Below, piece by piece: positions 52,188 through 64,000 of a stretch of 64,000 bases of DNA (position 1 is the first letter of the stretch; each line of letters starts with the position of its first letter). The translations under genes were made by a program, and so were the position numbers. The stretch is from the NCBI RefSeq assembly GCF_022539665.2, contig NC_081333.1, forward strand, positions 1,116,001 through 1,180,000. The letters are read 5' to 3'. A model generated the notes under the pieces. That model was not told the origin of the DNA. It did not search any database and saw only the letters and a list, made by a program, of their open reading frames with translations. The stretch is from Daphnia carinata (taxonomy: Eukaryota).

Positions 52188-52799
52188 TTTTCAATTGTTC
52201 CTCCAGCCACGCGTTATTCTCCATCCACGCTACTGAACTAACTGCGAATGGAATCCAATGGACTGAAATTGCCTACGCCAGTCATAACGAGTCTGAGCGG
52301 TAGATGGCTACGTGTCGGAAAAAAAGAAAAAAGTGTGATTTTTTTTTTTTTTTTTGTGTAAAACGGATTGCCATTTTGCCATACAAACACCTATTTTGCT
52401 GCATTTCACTTGTCTCAGGTGGTCACTCATGATAGGGGAACCACAGCGCCATCTAGCGTTGCTACATGTAACGAAAGTTGTTAATATATTCAAAATACAA
52501 AAATCGCAAGTTATTTTACAGATACAGATCTCAGACTGTTGGTTATATTTTTAAGGGTAAAAACTGCTAAAGAAAGTCAAAGAATAGTTGGAGTGAAAAA
52601 AAAACCTAGATATTACTACAAAAAATACATGAATTAGATTCAAAATTTGGTCAAAAAATCAGGTTGGTTTCAACAGGAGTTTCGTCTTTAGCGGAGAAAC
52701 ACAAAATAAAAGCCGCTACAGCCTAAAACATATGATAAAAATGATTAACATTGTTGGAGGCATACAGTTCACTTTTTACTTTTTGCAAGTTCGCATGGA

Positions 52800-53126
52800 A
52801 ATTTTCCGGAAGTCACCGGAAGTAGCCAATATCTCTGGAGATAGTGGTCGCACAAAAAAATGAATCAGATTTTCTTGATCTTTATGAAATTTTGGGTGCC
52901 AATGACGTGTTTGTAGACAAAAACCGGATTTGACCAAAATCGCGATTTTTCATGAACTATAGTTCAGGAAAATTTACGATCTTCGACGATTTTCGGGCAT
53001 TTTGAGCTGACCCATGGATTCGACCCCAAATTTCACGAGGATGAAGAAAATACGAATCTTTTTTCTCGCTGATCAATGGTTACGGAGCTATTCGATTTTT
53101 TCAAATCGAAAATGAAACCGGAAATT
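52800..53126. mobile_element. Degenerate palindromic element, possibly a non-autonomous DNA transposon (MITE-like) relic
   Basis: Perfect 14-bp palindrome tgaactatagttca at 52953-52966. The arms 52853-52900 and 53022-53065 are imperfect reverse complements symmetric about the same centre. No TSD identified. Confidence 0.5.
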
Positions 53127-54072
53127 AGAATTTCAAAAATCTAAAAAGTGAGCTATGTTCTCTTTTACATGGTCAACGGTTTTTGCTTTTTAATAAAAGT
53201 AAATTGTTGTAAGCTAACGTTATGTCGCTTGATAAAAGTTCTGAACGTGCAGTGTCAGCTATACTTGACGACTTAACGCCTATTTGCAACAAAACTAGTC
53301 ACGAACTCGGGAAACAATTTCTCTCTCTTTTCCTGCAACTGATATTTCTTTCTACTTCCATTCGCGGGAATCTTAACTTTTACCCAGACCCGCTGAGTAA
53401 CTGATCTGACTTTTTCATCAAGATGGCCAGTGATGAATGTGACAAATTTTCGATGTTTTGAAGCAGGTCGAACGAAGGGCTGAAAGAGATTGAATCAGCT
53501 AAGCTCAAACTAAAGATTCTGCAATTGAAAGACAAGAACTGATATGTTTAAAATGGAATACAATACTCTTGTCTAACTAATTATACTCAAATTAGATTGT
53601 AGCATACAATGCAAAAGAAACCAGGTTTTTGCTGGTTTTCTTTCTGCATCGACAAACCCTTTACATTTAGTCCTTGAGCATGGTTTCGATAAAATGCACC
53701 ACTGTCTGAAATAATGGAAGGCTGAAATTCATTATCTTGTATGATGAGAGCATCCAATGTGAGAAAAGAAACGACAGAAAACAGAGAGGTTTCGCCGTTT
53801 CCTGGATATGTTGTTCAAAAAGCTGTTAAAAAGGAAAATCTGTTGATACAACACAGGGATGTTTTTAAGTACTGCACATTCAAAGCATACAGAACAATAA
53901 TAATTGACTGGTGTATAACAAACCATTAATTTCAGATGAAGAACCTTAGAACACTTCGTCAAAATACATTGCAAACATTGATTGAACTTGTATCGGGAAG
54001 CCATTTATGATGGATGAACAAGCGGACTAGACCATGGCCTACTATGTTAAGAGATACTCACCATGTCAATAT

Positions 54073-54580
54073 AACAGCAACGCCACCTAGTTACAGACAT
54101 TCACTCCAGAAAACGCTATCTAGTCTATAAATATATATCCACGACGCCCCATATAGTTTACAGCTATTCAACCACCACATCCATGTAGGTTACAGATATT
54201 CCCCATCACAACGCCACCTAAGCTTATAGATATTCCCCTACCACAATGCCATTTAGTTTACAGATATTCACCTACCACAATGCCATCCAGTTTACAGATA
54301 TTCACCTACCACAATGCCATCGAGTTTACAGGTATTCACCTACCACAATGCCATCTAGTTTACAGATATTCACCTACCACAATGCCATCTAGTTTACAGA
54401 TATTCACCTACCACAAATGCCATCTAGTTTACAGATATTTATCTATCACAAATGCCATCTAGTTTACAGATATTTACCTACCACAATGCCATCTAGTTTA
54501 CAGATATATATCTACCACAAATGCCATCTAGTTTACAGATATATACCTACCACAATGCCATCTAGTTTACCGATATTCAC
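54073..54580. repeat. 34-35-bp tandem minisatellite, ~10 well-conserved plus ~5 degenerate copies
   Basis: Unit ccacaatgccatctagtttacagatattcaccta, head-to-tail from 54241 to ~54580, with progressively more degenerate copies back to ~54073. Confidence 0.95.
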
Positions 54581-55762
54581 TGAAGATGGAACAGCATCGC
54601 CAACTAGTTTTCCCAGTGTAACCAACTGAAAAGATAAACATTGGAAACACATACAAAATTTGTTTCACATGCAAGTATCTATAATCTTTACTATCGAAAG
54701 TCAACTAGTAGTTTCATTGCGACCTATCAAGTTGATGTGCGCATTCCAGCTCCTTTTTCGGCTTGACTCACGATCAACTCGTAGGGGGTCACGCCTTTAC
54801 AATTACAGAAAATGATGATCGTGCTAACCAAAAAGAGGAAAAAAGGGATAACGCACGCTACTGAAAACTTCACACGAACGAGAAGTCCTCATGACCTGCT
54901 ATGTGCCTATCGTTGTAGCTGTACGAGTCAAGTGAAAACAGTGCCACGAAAAAGAAGGAATCTCGAATGTACACTTCCGTTTTGCTACAAGAATACCGGA
55001 CGATAACAAGGTAATTGCATTACGGGAAAACTGAGTCGCGTTCCATTTTTTTTCATAATCTATTACGTACCTTCCCTCACCTCTTAACCTTTCACGATCC
55101 ACTATCACCATTAATCTATGTGAAGAAAATAAAACGCAATCATTAAAAAATTTGCTTCATAGACTTACATAATCTCAGGAAATTCCTAGAGAAGTTTTGT
55201 AAGCACATGTTGATGTAAACTCAAAAACTGAGTGGCGTACATCCCAATTAGCCATGGTTTATGCTACTGTTGCTATGGTAGACATATTCCTGTCAAGCTG
55301 GCCAAAATGATTTCCTTTTTTAAATAGATGGAAGTTGATGTAACGCGTCTCAAACAATAAAAGTCGGCTGTGAGATTAACCCAGATTTTAAAACGGCGTC
55401 ATACAACATGTAGTTTAACGATTGTCAAATTTTTTTGCAGTTATTAGGCGACAACCTATTTCAATAAAAGTATAGGAATACGTTTTAAAAATAAAAATGC
55501 ATTACTTACTTATTTTTACATCTTTTTAGTTATTTTAGTCTTCAACTAATTCATGTATCCCTTTCCTTCCAAGTTTTCTTATTAGTTGTTTGACATTCAT
55601 TTGCCAATGACTGATAGTTGTATGCTCTTATAATTTTGCTCCATTTTGATTGCTTCCTTAATTCAAAGTAGCCAACCTGTTTGCTCTCACAATACTTGAA
55701 ATAAAGTTTCCATTACAAATTGGTTTTGTATAATGAATGATTAGAGTGGTTGTACACAATAC

Positions 55763-56372
55763 CTGGACACATCGTGGATACATCAATGGTTAGCAAAATA
55801 GTTGCATTTCCTTTGTGGAAGTGCATGGTAGAGAAGCTTAATCATAATCTGGAGCTCTTGCAAACAGTACACAAACAAAACTTTATGTACTTTAAAATCA
55901 ACACTGACATTCTTTGAATGAGTTTGATCAAATTATTCCAATTAATCCATAAAAATTACAGGTATTGGCAGTAACTTTTCCCTTTTGCCAAGAACTTGAT
56001 GGTCATTGAACTTCATCCGCTTGCAAGGAAATAAGAAAAAATTGCTTATGTTGCAGCAATTCATCCATTGGTACAATTTGTGCTCCACATGGTTATTTTT
56101 CAAATGAGACCAACTTCTGAAACCGAATCAGTTTTAACATTATCATGCATTTCAATTTTCATTAGTTTCTTTTATGATGAATGTTTTTTCTTACATCCTT
56201 TGAGGTCTGTTGTGTAGTTTTTCAATTCACACGAGGTAAATGAAATCGCACTTTGGAATGTTTCATCAACACAACTCCATCTTTCTTGGAAGGTTTTCTT
56301 TCCACACTTTAGGTAACCAGCAATCTCTCAGAATTGACCGAAGTCTACCGAATTAGAATTACCGATGTCCAT
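55763..56372 (-). pseudogene. Degenerate multi-exon gene remnant, unidentified
   Basis: Exon-like blocks 56372-56195, 56116-55960 and 55856-55763 are bounded by GT-AG. The first block reads MDIGNSNSVDFGQF*EIAGYLKCGKKTFQERWSCVDE...; in-frame stops are present. Confidence 0.3.
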
Positions 56373-59300
56373 TTACAGATACTGAAAAAAGGTAGTTTTT
56401 AAGGGAACTGGGAATTCTTCGGGTAAAATCGCTTGGCAGTAACACAACGCGAAGTACACATAATTATTATGGCAACTGGAAAGTAGAAGAAGTGGAACGG
56501 TGGAACACCGCATGCCACATAAGTGACGCCTTTCAACGAAATGCCGAAATGGCAGAAAAAATAATGTTAAATGTGTGCCGCGTTAGATGTCGCGCGAAGT
56601 CGATACTACTATTGCCATCTCTCGTTGAAATAAGGAACTATTTGTCAATTATCACATTAATCGATAGGTTTCTCACATCTGGACCAGAGCAAAGTTTAAG
56701 CGCAGTTTAAAAGAATACTTAAGGGAGTTGAAGTTGATTGAATAACTGGTTGGTTCTGCCCCCCACCCCTATTTGCGGAAATGGAAAATGATTACTTTAC
56801 CAGCCATTAATTAATAACCCTATTTTGTTCTTGTAACGCTACAAAATCTCACTTTTCCCATGCGAGCGTGATTATGTGCATTAAATGTCCATAGCGATAA
56901 TCTCATCGATCTGATTAACTACAGAAAAATACAGGACGAATTAGGAGTCTGAAATGAATAGTTAATCCACAATTTCTCCACGATGGGAAACTGACAGAAG
57001 TTGTGTATCCCTTGCTAATCAAGTATTCAAAGAAATAGTTTAATAAAACGGCGACCGTAAAAGGTATGAGAATTCGTAGCAGTTACAGGTGGAACAAATT
57101 AATGGACGCTGTAATACCCAATGTTGCCAATATATTATTTCTTTCAATGTTCGCCTTGTTTCCCAAAAACAGATACATTAATACTGTCACCCTATACCTG
57201 CAGTTGATGATGCAATGGGCTACCTGGAAACAACACTATATACATCTACCCACTCCTAAAGTATTTGAAGATGTTGAAGTGGCCATCGGATAAAAGTTTG
57301 CATGAATCTAGCCATGAAATTGTCAGCCGAAAACAGATCAATGAACGTGGTGTTTGTGAATTATGAAAGGCGATGAGCTCTTTGCGTTAGATGGTAGTCA
57401 CAACATCTTATGGAAGCATATTAAATGTTGTTATTCGGTAACCGATGACCACCGTTAGAAAAAAAAAACGTCCATTTTTCGTGCAAGGTGAGGATTTCAT
57501 TTGATTTGGTCTTTTTATTATTTTTAAAAATAATGTAAGTTGATAGATACACTCAAGACATGTGTGTATCCAATGGTTACCGTTCTTTTTTATCCCTTTA
57601 GTGCGCACTGACTCTGAAATTTTTCAGTATTTGCAAAGTGAGTCAGCACTAAAGCATTCATCACTAAAATAGTTTCATTTTTTCGGGTTGCCGGTTAAGT
57701 CGTTTTACACTCCCGCTGCTAGACGTCGTCAATCCTCCAGCTGAACAGATGGTTCGGTTTTGGTGGTTAAGCTCCCGCTGAGGGGGCCAACACTCTTCGA
57801 TGTGTATCTGACGCAATCAATAAATCGTTGTCATCACGCGGGAGCCATCGCTGTCACGAATACACCTACCCGTGTGCACAGACAGAACAAGTGTAGTATA
57901 GTGAAATATTGTATGTAATTCACGTTTCCGCTGAACGGGCGACACAAAGGGTGCTAGTGTTTTCTTTCAAGTAATGTCGGTCAGGGACCGAATAATACGA
58001 TTCCGTAAGTATTATACAAAGAGAGGCTACGGACATAAAAAACCACTTGGTACTATCACAAGAGACAAACATTTCCAATTCGTGTTTTTGTTATGACCTC
58101 ATACACAAAGAGACCCAAGTGGTGAGTTTACGGCTTAGCTATCAATCTGCGGGTTTTACTTTCACCCGATCAGATGCGAAATGGGGTCAAAATAATCTTG
58201 TTTTTAATGTACTATTTTAATGTTTGTTTAATGTATTGAGCGCAATGTCCCTTCATGTTTGTGGCGGAGGCGCGAGTAATCATGTAGCCTATAGTTACCG
58301 AGCCCACTTTGCAGAATCAAATTTATTCTAGATAACACGCTTGACATTGGCTACATTGGGAGATACGTTTGGGATTAAGAAAAATCCAATTATCAAGCAA
58401 AATGCGTCAATTGAAAGCTAACGAATCTTGAACTTTCGCTTCAGCTGCCTCATTAGCAGCACAGGTTCGCTGAAACTACCGAAGATTTCAATAGCACATG
58501 ACAGTAGTTTATTAATTAGATTTTCTAAGCATAAAGTTGTTATTCTGCATCCTGCATCTTCTGAACAAAATATTTATGAACGATAATACGATAAACATCT
58601 TAGCGGCAACCTGATGTTTATCAGACATGCCCGTGAATCGCACTAATGCATCCAATAAAAAATAAATCACGACTGTAAGTGCATCATTTTTGTTCGTCTC
58701 GCGATTAAGTAAAAAAAAAACAACCCGAGGCGTTGCAGGTACCAGACTAAAAAGGAGTTGTTATAAACGAAATGTTTAATAACAGGGATTTATTTTTCCT
58801 TCGTTTGATCTTTTATACGTGTGCCGTGTACTCCATGGTCCTGGCGCAACGCGGATGTACTACACCGCCGTTAAATGAATTCACGAAGATGGTAAACATC
58901 AAACTCTTTTGTGCTTGTCAGATAAGAAGAAGTTAGTAATTCACTGACCAATTCCCAGTTTTCTGTGAAAGTTCTAAAATACTAAACCGTGTAATCTGCG
59001 ATAGTTGCCTTATATGTTGTACATTTTTCAGCGTTCTAAATTGAGCACTGTCCCCAATACTTTATGTATGAGCGAATTACGTACAAAGAGAATCTCCATT
59101 TGAAGAAAGTTTAAGATAAAGATTAAATAGCATAGGTCATAGCAGCCATAAGGCTCAAAGCAATTGGTGCTCGAGCACGTTGATGTAATTGCTGATTATT
59201 CGTGCCTTCCAGTGCCTATAAAATGAAAGTGAACCACGCTCGTTGCTATAAACAATGACCAATATCAGTCGAACATGTGACAATTACGTGAAATGGAAAA

Positions 59301-62300
59301 CAGGGTTGTAAAAAATGCAACCGAAGGATTTTTTTTTTGGCTGCATGTTTTGTATATAGTAGAATTTAGATCGATAAGATGCTTTGCTTTTACGTTCCTC
59401 TTCGTTCGCTTTTAAACAAAATAATGCAAGTAGAGTGGAACCAATGAACAGGAAACCGGATGTTTTCACATCGACAAAGGGTAGGAGAAAAATGAATATG
59501 TCATGGGGGGATAATTAAGTAAAGGAGACAAATGCTGAAGCGCAAGGCCTTGTTTTTCTTTCGATTTGATCGGTTACGGACCAACAAGTTTGAAATTTAA
59601 TGAATTATAGTTGCGGTTAGGGCACTACATTTCGTATTTATCATTTGTTCAAGCCAATAGAAAAAGGCCCGGTTTGTTTTGTTGGTTCGTTAAATCATTT
59701 CTGATGTTCATTTTGCGGAGGGTAACGAGTACGCCAGTATTAAACTAGCGGTAACACCCTTGATTGACTGCCTTAATAGTGCGTTCAACATTTCTGGATC
59801 ATTGCCAAGTTCCCAATATTGAAGGCGGGGGAGAGGAACTGCACGAAAGCCTTTAAGTTAGCACAGAGACTGCATACGAAATACGCCAAAAATCGTTAAA
59901 CACAAAGTGCGTCATCGAGATCGTTTGCATGTTTGTGGTTGTAAATGAGTGATGGTTTCAAAACTGCAAAATAAAAAAAAATAATAGCCAAAAGAATTTT
60001 CACAATGTTAAATTATCATAAGCACTTTATTTAAAGCCCGTATAAATGATGAGATGAAAATAAAAACTGTCTTTATGCGCGCTGATATCCTATCGAAACT
60101 AAATCGTTTCAGATTTTTTTCCCCTCCTCCCATCACTTAATTTATCCAAAGCTACAGTCTTCGACAACCTAAAGTATCAATATTCGGCTCTGCCACTACC
60201 TTGGCTTAAAGAAATATCTCGGAGCCAGTGAACAAAGTCAGAAATAGATGCGCACTGAATTCCCTAAAACGTGGTGTCCTATAATGTTCAATTGATTCAC
60301 GAAAAAGCTCGTAGGCGTATATAGATCGTCATAAATAAACAGTTTTTTGACGGAATCGTTTTCTTTTTTGGGTGGCATTTCGTTTTTATCTTTTCCTCCC
60401 GTGATTAGATATTATAGGTCTTATCGAGATTTTCGCCGTGTTAAATCGGAGGAGCTTAATGCGGATCACGCATCGAATGCCCTCAAGGAATTCGCTTTTA
60501 AGTTTATTTCCGCTTACTTCCTATGGCAATAGCCTTCGGTATATATGGTTCCATTACCTATGGAACGTCCCCAAAAAGTTTGACGGAGGGTTTAGATGGC
60601 AAAGTCTTCGTTGCTCTTACGTAACCTGGACTGTCGACTTGAACCAGTAAAACAGCTGCATATCCACATCGTATTTTATGGTTCCACTCTACAGCGGATT
60701 ATATACAGCGCTAAATTTTATTTCCAGTCGCTCGCAGACAAATTGATAAACAATTTTAAAACTTGAGGCACTGCGCTGATCACACCTCAATTAGCAATAG
60801 GGGAGTAAACGTTTACAATTTATCAAGAAGCAATCAAGCGAAAAACTGCATTAAAATTCATTTGAATTCAACAGCGAATTTTTTCAGACAAGAAGAAATG
60901 GCAATGAGGAAAGGTATTGATCGGTTCTTTTTTTTTAACTTGTCGGACTAGAAGAAAAACACAGAGAGAGAAGTGCATGGATAGAAAGAGAGTGCAGCGG
61001 TCTCTTCTGATTACTCCCGAAAAAAAAAAAAATGCTTAAAAGGCCTTTCTGTCTTCGTTCAGATGACATTGACGAATAGGAAATGGTCCACCGTATTTTT
61101 TCACGTCTTCCGGGTTTTCTTCTGAATTGATTAATCAATACCATATCTGCGTGTTCTGTCCGTTGACAGTGGAAAATTGGTCCTACGTTATATGAGAACG
61201 TAGATTTACGTTGTCCGGGCTCGAATCCAACTTTCCACACACGAGAACGATTTCAGTCATTTTAGAATAATGTTTTTCTTATACTGAACCAGAATAAACT
61301 GCTATACCAGACACTGATGCGAGTTGCTTATATTTACCGGAGAAACGATGCTGCTTTCATTTATATTCGTTGTGTGTGATATCAAACGGAGTAGAAGAGT
61401 TCTTTGTAAAGGTACGTATTTCCATTAACTGTTGCTATTGAATATTCGATGACGTGAAAGCTTTAAAAGCTGATGCAAAATATACGTTTTGCTAATCCTG
61501 CGAAGCGTCGCCTAGAAAACAAGGAAAGTTCATAAAAGGCTGCGGGATTGCCATCAAGCGATTTATAACTAGGGTAAATATTTAAAGGGGATTTATTGTT
61601 ATCGGTACAAAGTTGGCTGCTTATACTGGAATGGCGGAAAAATGTTCATATAAATAAAACATAGTATCATCAGCTATGGAAAGATAAGTCACACACAATT
61701 AGTTACGGCAAAGAATGTAAAAACTACATATTTTTCTCGCCGTGAGATTAAGTCAACTATTGATAGAGCAGAATGGTCTAATAGGCTTATGGTACTGAGT
61801 CCGTTCATCCCTTACGTAACACAGCTGCCTTTAATTGGCAATTTGCAAGTTATGAAAGTAACCACAGTGGTTGTATCTCGTAGATATTAAGTAAACCTTA
61901 ACTTAAAAATTTCTTTGTAACCGCGGTTGCATTGTGTGGTATGTTTACTACTCGTAGGCTCTGCAGAAGATCAGTGTCAGCCGTGTTAAAGCGAGGCGCA
62001 TTCTTGCTTTCGACTCTTTCATCAGGTAAACAATGGAACGGCCTTTTTGCAATGCGAGTCAAGTCTAAACATCAACTTTTAGGACGAGCCACGCTTCCCG
62101 CGGAAAGGTACACACTGTGCTGTATTTGAAATATCTCAAATCACGGGCGCTTATTTGTTGACTATTTCATGGCTTTCTGGCTAGAAGCCGACGCGAAAGG
62201 AATAATGGTTCGCCCTAGTTGAAGTGAGTGAACGTAGGAGCCTCTTGAAATGCTGTGCACTATGTAATGTCACTAATCACTCTAATTTGGATGCATATTT

Positions 62301-63751
62301 TTTTTTTTTGTGTTTTGATGGTTCGACAAGGAAAGGAACATCTGAAGAATCTGAGTGTTGTTGTTTCTTTCTTCTTGTTATCTCGAACTTCGAATTTAAA
62401 AAACATCACACCCACGCAACACTCATGCCCATCGTGTAAACAAATATCATCGAGTGGCTTAATAAGCGTTTCATTATAGAATGTAGAAACTATCTGAAAA
62501 AAAGATAATCGTTCACTGTAAGACAGAAAGCTCATTCTGCAGCCCATTTCAGATCAGTTCCCTTAGCAGAGGTAATCGAACCCCTCCGGACTAGATGAAT
62601 GGCCCGACGCGGTATTCTATTCGTTCGCCTGCATTGAAGCCCAATCGATTAGGTGAATACACATGAAAAAAAAGAGAAGACTTTTGTCACCACGTCGGGA
62701 TTTCACTATTACAACAACGCACGAAATTGCGTTGACGTTGGTGGAACAGCAATTCAGCTTTATAGCTGAAAGTCAATTGCACACGTCTCAGCGTAGGTGG
62801 GCTATCAGATAAAGGTGGGACTGTAATAACAACAATCTTTTGTTGGGATTCTGGGTATGCCCGAGTTCATCGATGACGCAAATCCTGGTCCGAAATCCAT
62901 TCGATAGATCGTTCACGGAACACACGTGATCACGGCAGATTGCCAACTCGCAAGAAATACCCTGTTTACAAAGAATCGACACAAGAGGGAAAATGAAAAG
63001 CTGTTGAGCATCTACTTCCTGAGGGATACGAGACCAAGAGATTTATCTGCACAATGAAAACCGAAAATGACCTACATCGATAAGGGACAAAATGCAAGAG
63101 AGACATGTCAATGCACTTGCAGATTGTTTTGTATTTTGTATTTGTGTTTACCGAACGTCGATATCGTATTACATCGAAATTACTAACAAAACAAAAGTAG
63201 AAATGGGAAGAAAACACAAGACAAACTGTGAAAGACAGACTTAACAGACACAGCATGTTTCAGTCTGCTTCCCATGAGGGCTTCTGCTGGAGAAAGGGAA
63301 AATGTTGGTTAAAGAAGATTAGTAGACACAAGCCACGGTATGCCAACGAATGTATGACGTGACATTGCAATGGTTTTCAACGTTAAAAAGACATGTGGGA
63401 CGCCTTGTTTGGTTTTGTTGTTATTGTACGCCGCGTACATACACCATAAGAAAAACACAGCGAAAAACGGATGAGATCTCTGCGTCAGAGCAGCAGTCAC
63501 AACCATAAATAAACACACACATTGAAAAATTAGGACGCGTTCCAAAAACGCGAACACTGAAAGGTATTTCATGTTTTCCTTTTGAAGTGGGTAAAACGTC
63601 CAACCAGCATGGACTGCGTCCTTCTTGTTTTTTTTTCTTATTTGCACGACACACAAGGGTTCACCGGGAAAGCTTTCCCTCTTCCAGACAATTCGCTTCA
63701 CGTGTTAATGGTTTTGTTGAAACTGTAGTTTTTTGGTGTTACCTAATTGAG

Positions 63752-64000
63752 TTACAATATCTGCACGAGTGCATTTGGTGGCCAGCACTGCTGGAAGCTG
63801 CCCATCGGCCGGTAAAAGCTGCTGTTCAGCCACGGCTTGACGGTGCTGGTCACGAGTTTGGGTACGTCTCGGTCCTCTGCCAAACCGATGGTTCGTGTCG
63901 GCAGGTTGACCCCCAGCTGGGCCTGCTGCTCCCCGACGATCGTCTTCACCAATGCTGTCCTTGTCCTGTCCACGAAGCCAACGTAATCCCAAACATACCT
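63752..64000 (-). CDS. Probable 3' coding end of a gene truncated by the window edge; product unidentified
   Basis: GC-rich frame open from the edge, RYVWDYVGFVDRTRTALVKTIVGEQQAQLGVNLP...PWLNSSFYRPMGSFQQCWPPNALVQIL*, in AT-rich surroundings. A second frame (63705-63992) is also open. Confidence 0.45.
   Translation of the reverse strand, partial: RYVWDYVGFVDRTRTALVKTIVGEQQAQLGVNLPTRTIGLAEDRDVPKLVTSTVKPWLNSSFYRPMGSFQQCWPPNALVQIL

Larger units (their letters stand above)
47900..52206. repeat. ~4.3-kb spacerless inverted duplication (giant palindrome), apex at 49861
   Basis: 48443-49491 is the reverse complement of 50238-51286; I found only 2 substitutions by eye (~48871, ~49359). The core 49492-50237 is an imperfect palindrome closing at accc-a-gggt. 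The outer arms 47900-48442 and 51287-52206 are homologous with many substitutions and a ~380-bp indel. Confidence 0.97.

Noticed and set aside
54073..54580. CRISPR array (34-bp repeats)
   Set aside because: Units are head-to-tail with no unique spacers, there are no cas genes, and the context is eukaryotic.
61200..61240. tRNA or SINE B-box-like gggctcgaatcc
   Set aside because: No cloverleaf or convincing A-box.

Overview
Eukaryotic genomic DNA, most likely Daphnia-like (inferred from dense genes, 55-80 nt GT-AG introns and long poly-A/T tracts). The first ~44.4 kb is gene-rich. I could reconstruct phase-consistent exon chains for six genes: Imp/IGF2BP (minus, 2 RRM + 4 KH); Rab3GAP1 (plus, 15 exons, one frameshift, one probable GC-AG intron); two antisense LRR-FN3-TM receptor genes nested in its 16.8-kb intron (one haf-like); a divergent NR1-type nuclear receptor; and a secreted EB-module/LDLa protein. 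A small basic-protein gene candidate is wedged between the last two. The remaining ~19 kb has no clearly intact known gene. Its main structure is a ~4.3-kb spacerless palindrome (47900-52206, apex 49861) with three layers. The outer arms are diverged and carry two convergent copies of an unknown spliced gene. The middle arms (~1.05 kb each) are nearly identical and contain a run of small hairpins. The ~750-bp AT-rich core is only imperfectly self-complementary. This could be a hairpin-RNA locus, a foldback element or hairpin-end junction, or an assembly artefact. Nearby are a degenerate palindromic element, a 34-bp minisatellite with a CTCF-like motif, and gene remnants. Gene identities come from remembered family motifs; no database search was run.
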